38,189 nt of DNA from positions 1 to 38,189 of the forward strand of contig JTLS01000043.1 in the NCBI GenBank assembly GCA_000826855.1, in the 5' to 3' direction. Shown here in pieces: positions 1 to 10,468 of the stretch; position 1 is the first letter of the stretch, and every line of letters begins with the position of its first letter. Made by a program: the position numbers and the translations under genes. Origin of the DNA: Basidioascus undulatus (lineage: Eukaryota). Below the pieces are notes generated by a model. That model worked only from the letters and a program-made list of their open reading frames with translations. It searched no databases and was not told the origin of the DNA.

Positions 1-296
1 GCGGGGTTTCTGCCGGGCCCCATTCCAACATCCATCAGCCTCCGCGCCCCCGGCCCCCCTTCCGCTCACCCAATACCATCCCATCAACTCACCGCACTCC
101 TCCTCGCCCGCTTGTTCGGTGTGAGTCCATCGTTCCCGTCCTCCAGCTCTGCCGCCGCGCGCTTGAGCGCGTCTCCGCCGAGGGAGACCGCCCTGCGCGA
201 CTTCTTGACCGAGTTTTCCTTTTCCTGGGCCTGGTCTTTGGACAGCGTCGATGAGGACTGCGGCGTGGCCGTTGTCGAGCGCCGGCGAGCCGACAT
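1..296 (-). CDS. 5' part (exon 1 plus start of exon 2) of a probable kinetochore scaffold protein, Spc105/Spc7/KNL1 family; gene runs off the window edge
   Basis: ATG at 296. Exon 296-93 (68 codons) reads MSARRRSTT...QEKENSVKKSRRAVSLGG...LTPNKRARRSA. GTGAGT donor at 92, GCTGAT branch site and CAG acceptor at 12-10, then KPR at 9-1. The KEN...RRAxS...TPxKRARRSxxPR pattern matches my recollection of the sequence just before the SILK motif in basidiomycete Spc105/Spc7. The SILK/RVSF motifs lie outside the window, so the family call is inference. Confidence 0.55.
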
Positions 297-387
297 CCTG
301 CTGAGGGGCGAAGGGGGCAAGGAAGGCGCGGCGGGTAGACGGAGCGGGTAGACTGAGCGTGGATGGTGGTTGATGATCGAAAGGCAA

Positions 388-456
388 CACGCGCGTGCGG
401 GACGCGGATCCATTTTGGTCACGTGACCGCTTCGTAACGCAGTTGACTTTCACGCG
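388..456. promoter_or_regulatory. Putative promoter elements upstream of the Spc105-like gene: MCB-like ACGCG cores and a palindromic E-box
   Basis: ACGCG/CGCGT at 389-396, 402-406 and 452-456. Perfect 12-bp palindrome GGTCACGTGACC at 417-428. All lie about 90-160 nt upstream of the ATG at 296. Confidence 0.35.
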
Positions 457-825
457 ACCCGCCCTTCGCTTTTGCTGCACAAGCTGCAGTGTAAAATAAT
501 TCAAAAATTTCGCTGGCTTAATGAGCGCATCACGGTTCTGCCGTCGTCCGACGCCATGAAGCGGCTACCGTCTTCTTGGGGGGGTGTCTCTGCCCATCTG
601 CATTCCTGGGTAGCCATGATGAGAACTAACTTGCTTATTACTTCTCTCATTGAAATTCGAATCATGATAGTGGGCTCGCACCATATTTAAGCGTCCCGTC
701 CAGGTGCGCACCGCTTGCACAGCATGAACAGCAGTAGTAGGCGTCGTCATATATTTTTCGAAGACATGATCAAAGGTTGCTTTCTGGAATCTTCATTGTT
801 CATATCTACATCTAATTCCCCTCTT

Positions 826-3082
826 TTACACTCCTGACGTGGCTTGGTAGACTTCGACACTGCGGGCGAAGGTGTGAACATGAGGTTCCGTGTCCCACCC
901 TCCTTCAAGCATGCAGCTCCCCACCTATTGATCACCCATCTGCGCATTCTCCCCAGTATTAGCCCAAAAACTACTACTGCCCATTTTTAGAGTCAGAAAC
1001 GTACACGGCATTGTGGAAGTTCGCCGGATCCTGAACGATCGCTTGGCAAGCAGCCATGCCTTGCCCGCCTGGACACGTCAGCCCCGATTGCCCAGGGGAA
1101 TTATACTGTTGTGGCCTGGCATGAGCTCCAATAGTCCTTTCAGAAGGTTTAAGTTGAGCAACACCCACCGTGTTTCCCGCCCAGTCGCCTAAAGAAGGGT
1201 CAGCTGCAACGCAGGACATGCGGGTGCCTCGGAGGGAGACGTACCACAGAGTGTGATGTCTGATCGTGGCAGAGCTGTCTTAGAGAATAGCCCAGGAGCG
1301 TATTCTGACCTGAAACTCACCGAAAATAAGTCGGTGGTCGTAGAAATGGCCCGCACTGCAGGCCGAGCTATCGAAGTACGCGACCGGTGCACCCCATGTC
1401 GCCGGGTTGGGGGCTCCGGCAGTGATATCTTTGCAAAGGTCAATATCAGTAAGGTACGTAATGAAATGACAAGATAAAGAGACGAACCGGCTGGGATGCT
1501 CCCGCTGCTGAAGAACCATACTTTAATTCCCTCCGGCGTCTATCCCCTCCTCCCTTCCAATCAGCTTGACCCCCTCTCTCTTCCGAGCTCAAGGAAACGA
1601 TCACCCATTCATGAGCGTACACTCCCCCACCCGCAGCATTGAAACCCCCCCCGGCACTCGCAGCCGCTGGGACTTCCTTTAGATCATGCATCCGTATCAG
1701 CGGCTTGTGGTTGCGAAACCCAAAGGCAAACGTGCGCACATAGCTGCACCCCGTGTTCCCTGCGGGTCCCAGAGAGTTGCAGTCGCTATTCCATAGGAAG
1801 GTCCCGGTAGCCCCGACGCCCCCGTAGTGCGCGCATCTGAGAAATTTGAGTGAGAGGTGTGAGTCGGGATTGGCCGTGGGTGGCGAGCTTGAAAGCGTAC
1901 CCCGCGTTCGCGTGGATGGCGATGCGGTTGAAGGCGAAGCCATTCACCGCTATGCCAGGTACATAAGGTTTACTTATGCTCAAGGAGAGGACTGTGCTTA
2001 CTCTCTTTCGCGCCTCTGTTTATCAGCCATGCTCCTTCCGCTACGAAAACTACAGAGGCAACGCACCGATAACGTCGATTTCTCCTGCGTTTGGCCAGTT
2101 CTGGAAGATCCCCTCTCTTTAGATTAGCCCTGGCGAGTAATTAAGTGAACCACGAACCGGTCCAAAAGACCACCAGGCAGGCCAGACAGCTGGAACATGA
2201 CGGCATCAGCCTACGCATTTTGGATGCTTAAAGACTACGCACAGCAGCCATAGGGCATCGAGACCGCGTCCAGTATGAAGAGTCCCCCTGGATTGTCCTC
2301 CGTTACATAAGGGTTGGGTTTAAGAGAAGATTAGGCCTGGCAGCCTACCGGTGTAGGAGCGCAGGCTTTCAATCCGGACACTCCACAGGCATCGAGATCA
2401 GACGACGAGCGACACGGAAGAATGTTAAAATGACTACCTTGGTCTTCCCTGTCCAAGAGCCGTCGTGTTCACATCGTCTACTTTCATGAATGCCCTGCCA
2501 TACACAACGAGCTCGAGCGGGTCAGCACCATGACGATCATGAAGCGATATGGCAGTCAGGTCGCGTACCTTCCGTCCGCCCCAATGCCTGCTAGGCCTTG
2601 GGCAAAGGCCTCCGGCTGAGATAAATACCTTAGAATTCAGGGGATCAATTCAGTGTTCAGAGTTTGACCGTCAGAGATCAGAAATCGATACTCACTGCAC
2701 TGTGCCATGTGTCGGATCTGGACCGGAGTAGAACGACCATCCTCTGTTAGACCGCCCAGATCAACTGAGTTGCCCTTTATCTAATAGTCTAAGAGCTCCG
2801 AGAACTTAACTGAAAGAAGTTCGACCCCTTATACGCCTGAACAAGCGTGTACGGGTCCTTCGAACCAGCAGAGGACCCAATCGTCCCACTCTGCCGCCTG
2901 GGGTCTTCCTCCGTTCCTGGAGTAGGCGTAGCGGAAGTCTCTGGTGGAAGGGCAATGACGAGTGGGGCCGGCGGGTCGACCGGCGAAAGCCTCAGCCTGT
3001 CCCGCCCGCGCCCGCCGCGGCGCTGTGCGCCTGCAAAGCCGTCCAAGGCGAGGAGGAGTGCGATTGATGAGTAGAGGCGCAT
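826..3082 (-). CDS. Secreted glycoside hydrolase family 16 endo-1,3(4)-beta-glucanase (fungal Lam16A-like), about 19 exons
   Basis: Hand-spliced: signal peptide MRLYSSIALLLALDGFAGA; YTLVQAYKGSNFF; WSFYSGPDPTHG; GRPSVRIES; GGLFILDAVSMPYGC; VWPAWWSFGP|NWPNAGEIDVI(E) catalytic motif at about 2067-2100; GGFNAAGGGVYAHEW; GIKVWFF; PNPATWGAPVAYF; DITLCGDWAG; NAVWVINSVEVYQ; TAA at 828-826. ATG at 3082. Confidence 0.93.
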
Positions 3083-4057
3083 GGTGAGAGTTGGGAAGGA
3101 ACGCTTAGTTGGGAGATTGCATTTTTGGACGCGGAGAGATGAAAGTGTTCGCTGACGCTGGCTGCGCCGGCTGCGGTCCCGCTCGTTGACTCGGATGTTG
3201 CGCCGTAATTGATGATGGTGAGGCCCATATGAGGAGGTTATGTACTGTACAATCCCCTTAATTATGACAAAACAGGGCACAATGAGTTGGTACAACATAA
3301 TTTCATCCGCATCAACCGAGAAGCAGTCAGAAATGCGGACCTCAGGCTGTTGGTTCATTCCTTCCAGTGAACCGGGGCGGATGCTGAGGTGAGCGTTCCA
3401 GAAGCAAAGAACTTAAAGATGAGGGTGGTGTAGAATCATTCATGGTTGATTACTTAGATGCGGGAGGGGCAAGGAAATGTATGCACGGCAAGCAGAAAGC
3501 TTCACTGTGGCAAGTCCAGCTAGAGGAAGTACTGCTGTCTGAGTTTTCACTTTCGCTGCCGAGCAACATGCGACAGAAATTTTGAAACCGTAAAAGTTCT
3601 GCTGTTGAGCAGCAGAAAGGACTTGGCTCATTCTACGAATGCAGTGGCTCAGAAAAACAGCTGACGGGCAGCGGTTAGTGCAGCGGAATTCTGCAGCTCG
3701 TAAACAGTTTTTTTTTTCCAGTCTACATTGTCTTCATCTCAGACCTTCCGGGCATTTAAAACGACCCCCTCATTTCCCTCTTTGTCACCGTCCACCATCT
3801 TCTCCTCCGTTCCACCCACGATTCCGGCGTCTGCTCTCATTTGCCAATATCCTTGCCCTCCTTCTCCCACTGAATCCATGCCCACCCCAACCGCGCCAAT
3901 CTCTCCTCATTGCCCTCTGTCCATCTCCATCACTCTTGCCACCCACTCGCACCCCTCATAGCTCGTAGAAACAAGAAGTGCATGTGTTTCAGAACGAATC
4001 CTCAGAAGCACGAAAAATGTCCTTTGCGACCGCAAGCTAGAGCGCTTTCCATTAACC

Positions 4058-5396
4058 TTCTCCCATAGCCTTCAGTTCGCGGAGCAGGGTTGCGGGGCGG
4101 TCAAACTCGGCAACCCTGTTTCACCTGCCGGTCCTTCTGTCAGCTCCTGGCCAGGTAGTTTTGAGAGTGCAGCGAGGAGTGAAGGTGGTACGGACCTTCC
4201 CTTGTCCATGATCAGCATGAGGTCGAAGTCGGCGATGGACGACAGGCGGTGAGCAATCGCCTGGTGGCTGAGAGTGAGCCCGGTCTGGGTATGTGAGTAG
4301 AATTTCCAGGAACGACTAACGTGAAGCTCACCTTGTAGTCCACGCTCGCAGTCGCTGCAAGCACCCAAAACATCGTGAGCGCGAGGAATGCAGGAAATGT
4401 TGGACAAGCGGGTCGGGCTTACCATCGTCTAAGGTAAGCACCTTGGCTCATTTCAGGATGGCCCGAGCCATGCATAAGAGCTGCTCTGTAAGTGTGTTAG
4501 TTTTACAGACTCTGCGGTGGGACAGCATCTCACTCGCCTGCTTCTAGCCTTGGAGTTCGAAATCAAAGCAATCAAGGAACGTCTCAGATTTGAGCTCTGA
4601 TAGAAAACCTCGAACCTGAAGACATACCTGAGAAATGTTTGAGCCTCCCTCCCTGATCTGGTAATCGAGGTTGCGGAAGACGTTGCGGTTCTCCGGCGCA
4701 GCAGCCTCGTCCTGCGGCTGGTCGATAGGCGTGCTGGATGACGAGGCCGGCTTGTCGTCTTGATCGGAGATAAGGTGGACGCGGCGCGAAGGACGCTGTA
4801 GAGCTCCGCATCGTCGAAACGAAGATGTCGAGGGCTGGAGAGGTCGGAATAAGCTTTATGAAAAATTCCTTGGGCGCGGGCACCCAGGCAGCGCAAGGCC
4901 ATTCTTTCACGTACTTGACCGGAGGGTGCCGCTCAAGATAGACGGGTCTAGAAGAAAGGTTGGACTCGTAAACGTGGCAAAATGACGCAGGCTTTTCCGT
5001 AGCTTACCTTGAGGTACAATCTGCAGACGGGAACGGAGGTCTTCGAGTCAGATTTTCGAGATGTCTGCAGGATTGTTATTCCAATCAGAGCTGCAAGCGG
5101 ATATCCTGAGCGACCTCGATGAGGATCTACCTTGGCCATCAATCGAGATTGTGCCCTAATTCGCTTCGACGAAGTGGAAGAGTGACGACGCTTAAAACTC
5201 ACAAGCGTCTTCAGCATTCCGGCTCGCGTCGTACAATCCAACACCAAGCTATCAACAAACGCACCGAGCGTGCATTTGCCGCTGCCTGTGGGGCCGACCA
5301 TGCCGATCTACTCCACGACGTCAATGCAAGTGCCGCCCGGATCTTTCGCAGGAATTGACTCACCTTAGCGCCGCTTTGCTGCACGTTTGAACGACA
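4058..5396 (-). pseudogene. Intron-containing remnant of an ABCC/MRP-family ABC transporter, C-terminal nucleotide-binding domain only
   Basis: Exons read IGMVGPTGSGKCTL (Walker A), SLFHFVEAN*GTISIDGQ (TAG at 5158-5156), DISKI*LEDLRSRLQIVPQ (TGA at 5050-5048) and DPSILSGTLR. A frameshift separates ALDIF from FDDAELY. Then NLDYQIREGGSNISQ, QLLCMARAILK*AKVLTLDD (TGA at 4450-4448), ATASVDYK, AIAHRLSSIADFDLMLIMDKGR and VAEFDRPATLL. No transmembrane-domain exons were recognised upstream. Confidence 0.88.
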
Positions 5397-6459
5397 TGTA
5401 TGTGTGATGTTCTCTTTGAGAGAAGCTGTGAGAATTTGGAGGCTGCCATCCCAGCCTGAGGACGAACAGGCATCCAGACCCCGTGTAACTGATCAGCTCT
5501 GTGAAACTCAATTATGGAGCTGCAAGAATGGCAGGGACTTACTATTTCCTTCTCCGATACCTATGTTTTCCGCCGTATCGTTAATCAATCTGCTTGTTGG
5601 GCAGTCCTCGGCGTGTGCCTGCCAAACACTCTCCGAGTGCGACGCCTCGCCTTTTGCTGGATTACCTGTGGGCCGGGCGTGTTTCCTTTGTTGAGCGGGA
5701 TGCTTTGCACCCAAGCACACCTTGCATATAAGAGGTAATAAGCTTGTCTTCTATGCTTATAGGTACAATGCGCCATCTCGTGCATCCTCACATTCTTCAA
5801 TGTGAGGATGCTCAAGTTCTTTGTCACACTTAAAAGCCTCAATCTCTTCCGGGCATTATGCTCCTTCCTTTTACCTCGATAGAGATATCAACATGCACAA
5901 TGCGCCCCGTCTGTAGTTTATAAAGCAGTAAGACCTCCAAGCAAGCGAGCCCTAGCAGCGACCCTGTATGTGCCGTCGCTCCAACAATCAAACCGGAATT
6001 TTATGGTGGCAGCAGGAGGTCTGAGAAGTATAAGAATGTGCGGAATGTGGAGAGAGCATGTATTGCGATGTGAACGAGCTCCATTTTATGGAATGTCGGC
6101 AGATACTGGGAAGCGGAACAGCAAACCCTTGCAAGTCAAGGGTTTCTTCGGAAGCCTACGTTAGGTTCTCGAGAATATTGTTGAGGAAATGGTGAACTGA
6201 CACCAAGAGGCTACCGGGCCGCCGCACAGTGCCGAGCGCTGAACAGTACGTCTCCCTCAGGCTGCAAATCCTCCTGGACTCATCTGGGCATGTCTTATCA
6301 ATCCAGCCCAACAATTTTCGGGTACCTTATAGCATGGGATTATACTCCATTCGATTATGCACTCTCTGATCTTCCGTGTGGAGAACTGCACCGCGAGTGG
6401 CACTCGGCAGTCCACCAATTCCTCACTCGCTCGGACTTCACTCAAGTCACCTTTATTAA

Positions 6460-7089
6460 GTGAGTAGATCCAACTTCGGTTTCCCCCAGCAGTCAAGGGG
6501 CTCACCTCGACCTTCAGTGCCCCTTCCCACTTCCACCATCCTCCCCCTAACGCTTACCCTCCTACTCGTGCTCTTTATCTTTCTCACAGTCCTCTTCTTC
6601 GTCTGCTTCCTTCGACGCAGCTTCAGCTTCACGTGCAGTATATTAAGCCGACCACTTCGGGTCGTTCGCTCCGACATCCTCTGCGCCATACAGATTGCGC
6701 GCCCCGCCCACCTGCGCCAACCGCAACGCGTCCCGCAGGAAGCGCTGTTGGAGGGGCCCATGAGGCTAGAGGGCCGTTTTCCCGACCTGGATCTACAAAC
6801 GAGACAAGCTTTCAGCCTCCCCCGCCGAGATACCGCCCCTCCCTGCTCGCCTCAACCGACATCTTTCCGCCTATATCGCACCTCGCCCGCCCCCAAAAGA
6901 CTCCTTCTCCCAACCCAAAATATGTCGTCTCACCGAGTGGCTCCATCCGTCTCCTCCCACACGCATTCTCTCCAAACTTTTCATCTGCGCCCGCGGCGCT
7001 GCAGCGGACTTGTCACTGGGTGGGTCTGGGAGAAAGTAACACTTGCCGTTGAGGGCTTCGATGGGCAGCTCGGGGAGTCGATAGCGTGA
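6460..7089 (+). other. Orphan open frame with one predicted transmembrane helix; start and gene status uncertain
   Basis: 209-codon stop-free frame containing ILPLTLTLLLVLFIFLTVLFFVCFL followed by RR (positive-inside pattern) and a Pro/Ser-rich tail. It begins at GTG, with no in-frame ATG before the hydrophobic stretch. No recognisable family. Confidence 0.3.
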
Positions 7090-7596
7090 ACCAAAGGATC
7101 TGGGGGGACGTCATTTACATGAATGCTGTGTGTGGCCATCGACCCTCCAGGCATTTACCGTGAAGAGCGAACATCGCTGGACAGCTCACGGGGGCTGGAA
7201 GACCGAACTCCCCAAAGGACGAAAAATAACACAGAATGTTCTGTAAGGTGAGAGTGGCTGAAATCATCAATGTTGCAGGGTCGTGCATCCACAAATGCAC
7301 AGGAGCTAACGCACTCAATGTCGACACTGGCAGGAAGCGTGCGAACATAAAGCCATCTGTGCACTTTACGATGGCAAGGCTGTCACAGGTCTTAAAAGAC
7401 CTCGAACATAAATAATATGCAGAGAATCTCAACAAAAGCTGGCATAGGCGGTGAGAGGCGGATGCTCGAACATGGAAAAAAGGCAGGGGAGTGGGGACTT
7501 CACGATGCGGCGGTGCGGGACGAGCAGGATTTATGGGGCCAACAGAACACAGAAATAAACGCGAATGTGGAAGCAGAATGGGTTATACGGGAGAAG

Positions 7597-7986
7597 TTAG
7601 AGGAGACAAGAGGGTGTATCACGACGCGTCTCCTCGTACGCGAGGGGCATCTCGCGGCGCCATCCGTCGATGATGGTCAAGTTGGCGGCCTCCTCCTCAT
7701 GCCTCGCCCGGATATCAGGTGTGAAATCCTCCGCGACCTGAGCGCACAGTGCCTCCGCCAGCCCCAGCCAATCGCGCCAGGTGGCGGGCTGACAGTCGGC
7801 GGTGACGGGGGCTGAGAGCAGATCCACAGCCGATTGTGAGCCGGCGTCCTCCGATCTACGCTCGCATGTGTCGTCCCTCCAGCAGAGGCTGCCCCTGGAG
7901 GTACCTTTGGGCAGATGCGCAGCGAGACGGTCGAGGCGGCAGAGGTCGGAACGAATGATGCCAAGGGGCGGGTCGTAACGCTTGAA
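7597..7986 (-). other. Exon-like coding segment of an unknown (possibly decayed) gene
   Basis: TTCTGAT branch-like site and TAG acceptor at 7989-7987, then a 130-codon open frame FKRYDPPLGIIRSDLCRLDRLAAHL...WRDWLGLAEALCAQVAEDF...IIDGWRREMPLAYEETRRDTPSCLL* with GC-rich, coding-like codons. The best upstream in-phase frame contains stops. Confidence 0.35.
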
Positions 7987-8762
7987 CTACACCACGCAGT
8001 AAATCAGAAAAATGTCCCTCACAAATGAGAAAAATTCGACTCTCAGCGACAGCGTCCGTCAAGACGAGTTGCATTTTGCAGCATACACCCACGTCTGCGG
8101 ATCAAGCTTGTGTCCTCCCACCAGGCTCAGAGATTCTGCCAAAGTACTGAGGCTGTCTGGCAGAGAGGAGTCGGAGGACGAGAGAGGCGACCATTTCCCA
8201 TTGAAGGACGGCTGCCCTCAGGCAGAATTGGAGGGCAAATCCGCCCAGCTTTATCCCAGTCTCACAGTTGATGGCATGGTGAAGCGTCTCATGTTTTGCT
8301 ACCTGCGCTGGACACATTGGGAGGAGAGCAGGAGGAGGCGTGGGAGGTGTGAGAGGTCGTATGCGAATCAAACACTTCGGGCATGTGGAATGGAAGCATG
8401 ACTATCTCCCGACCACGGTTAGGACAGCGCTTGGAAAGGACTCTTCAACGAGCCTGGACATCTTCGAGGTGGTCGAGGACCCAAATATGGCACAATGGCG
8501 AGTTCAAACATTCAAACATGTTGCTATACGCGATGCACGTTCTGGACCTGTCCTCTCGTGCTTGAGCAGGTTCGACTTGCCAGTTGCTTGACTCTCGAAT
8601 GTGTGTTGACTTTTCGGAAGCTTCCTTCTGATCGTCAACATGAAGGAAGTGATAGACATTGCCCATTCTATCGATCGCGAGAAGCAGAGTGTATGGGTAT
8701 ATCGTAACATCACCGAAACGTGTAAGACACCAAACGGGGCTTTCTCTTCTAAACTGTCTGCC

Positions 8763-10468
8763 TCAAATGAAAGGACGCTCCGCTTGGGGCGTTATACTGA
8801 GAAACAGATGTGACCGTCAGCTGTGATGTATTTGTGGGAAGCGGCACTGAAACTCACCGAGCACCGTGCCGCCGCTGGCCGCCAGCGACGAAGTCGACGA
8901 TGGCAGAATGGGCAGTAACGCGGTCTTAACAAATGATACAAAAGTTAGCACAAGGTTCAAGTTTACCCAGACTATGTGGGAACAGCACTCACTGTCCCAC
9001 AGGACGACCGTGCGCGGGCGCCAGCGAATGCGCGCCTGGAAGTCAGCGCCCTTCTCAATGTGAGAGCTGTAAGGGACGGGGGGACGGGGAGGGGAAGAGG
9101 TTATTTGATCAGCGGTTTGTCCAGCGGGTTATACCAGGCCATCACATACTAGAGAAGCTCGAGGATCGTGTCGGACTCTTCCTTCTTCAGCCCAATGATG
9201 CGGCGAGAGAACTGGCGGTTGATGTAGAGCGCCTTGGCGCCCGTGACGGGGTGTCCTGAATGGAATGGCTTAAATGAGTACCTGTGTTTCATTTCGTGGA
9301 GGATGTTGGTTAATTACGGCGAACGAGAGGATGGATGTTCTTGACAGGCTCGCGCTTGACGATGCCGCCGCGGTTGCCAGCGCGAGAGTGCGCGGCCTGC
9401 TCGAAGCCGGAGTGCTCGACCTGAAGGGTCTCGAGGTAAGACCGGAAAGATTGAGAAAGGCGGTTGTAGGCCTCAACTTGGGAGACGTAAAGCGTGTCTC
9501 TGAAGCGGGCAAGGAACGTCGGATCCTGCGGTCGAAGACTGAGACGACCGACCGCAAGACTTACCCGCCGACCGGAGGAGTGTCGAAGAGGAAGAGAGCG
9601 GTCAACCCAGGAGGCTGCTCCTCGTAGCTTCAGAAAAATAAATACAAGTTTCATCAGCCTTCTGCTTGCTACCATTGTATCAAAGCCCAGAAGCAAGCTC
9701 ACGTCACGTCGGAGTGCCAGACAGTGGAACTGAAACGGTCGGACTGCTCGTAGTTGAAGGTCGTTTTGCCATCGCGGTAAACGAGATGGAACCTGGTGAA
9801 GGAGGGTCTATCAAAACAATATTAAGTCTGCAGAGGTCAATCGCAGCAACGCACTCAGGATACCCCTTGGGCTGTCCGGAGCAAGGGTGAATGTGAAGAC
9901 GACCGAAGTAGCTGCAATGGGAGACGGTTAACATGAGACTTGAAGTCACGACTTGAATTGATATTCTCACCTGCCCCAGTCGTTCAACAGCCACTCGGGA
10001 GACTCGTCGATGAAGTCCTGGTCATGGAAGACCTGCACAGTCGAAACAAAATCAGCATCCGCTATGTCGCTCTTGCCGGCCTCAAGTCCAGTGACTCACC
10101 GCCATACCCCTCTGGGCGACGAACAGAGCGAGCTGGTCGCGCTCGCGGTTGCTGAGATTGTTAAGCTGGACGCCCTCAATGGAAGTACCGAGGTACGGCG
10201 TAACGTCCTCGATGCAGGTCGCCTTCTCGAGGAACGAGCGCGGGTTTGGGTCCTTGAGAGCGCGTTGCCCCGGGTCGACGTGCTCGAATGGCTCGAGCGG
10301 TGGGAGCTTGAGGTCCGGGTCGAAGCATGGGAGCGCCCAGGCGTACTTGTAGGGGGCCTCCTGGGCCTGCTCGGCCGGCGCAGGGGTAGACGACTGAGCG
10401 TCGATGGACCCCTTGAGCGAGAGAGTCTCGAGCGGAGGGGCAATCGTTTCGGTTGCTACGGGAGGCAT
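8763..10468 (-). CDS. TauD/TfdA-family Fe(II)/2-oxoglutarate dioxygenase, probable sulfonate/taurine dioxygenase (JLP1-like)
   Basis: MPPVATET (ATG 10468; alternative in-frame ATG 10501); PPLEPFEHVDPG; VTPYLGTSIEGVQL...RDQLALFVAQRG; YFGRLHIHPCSGQPKGYPE; WHSDVTYEEQPPGLT (HxD); GGDTLYVSQVEAY; HPLVRRHPVTGAKALYIN; RIRWRPRTVVLWDNRVTAHSAI (distal His); RRHGARITPQAERPFI*, with TGA at 8765-8763. Confidence 0.93.

Noticed and set aside
2323..2334. AGAGAAGATTAG, similar to the U6 snRNA core
   Set aside because: Only 12 nt match, the ACAGAGA box and following AGC-ATGGCCCC are not intact, and it is the antisense of a GH16 intron.
2789..3358. 189-aa ORF suggesting a long N-terminal extension of GH16
   Set aside because: The signal peptide begins at the ATG at 3082. 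The upstream part looks like promoter/5' UTR and would bury the signal peptide.
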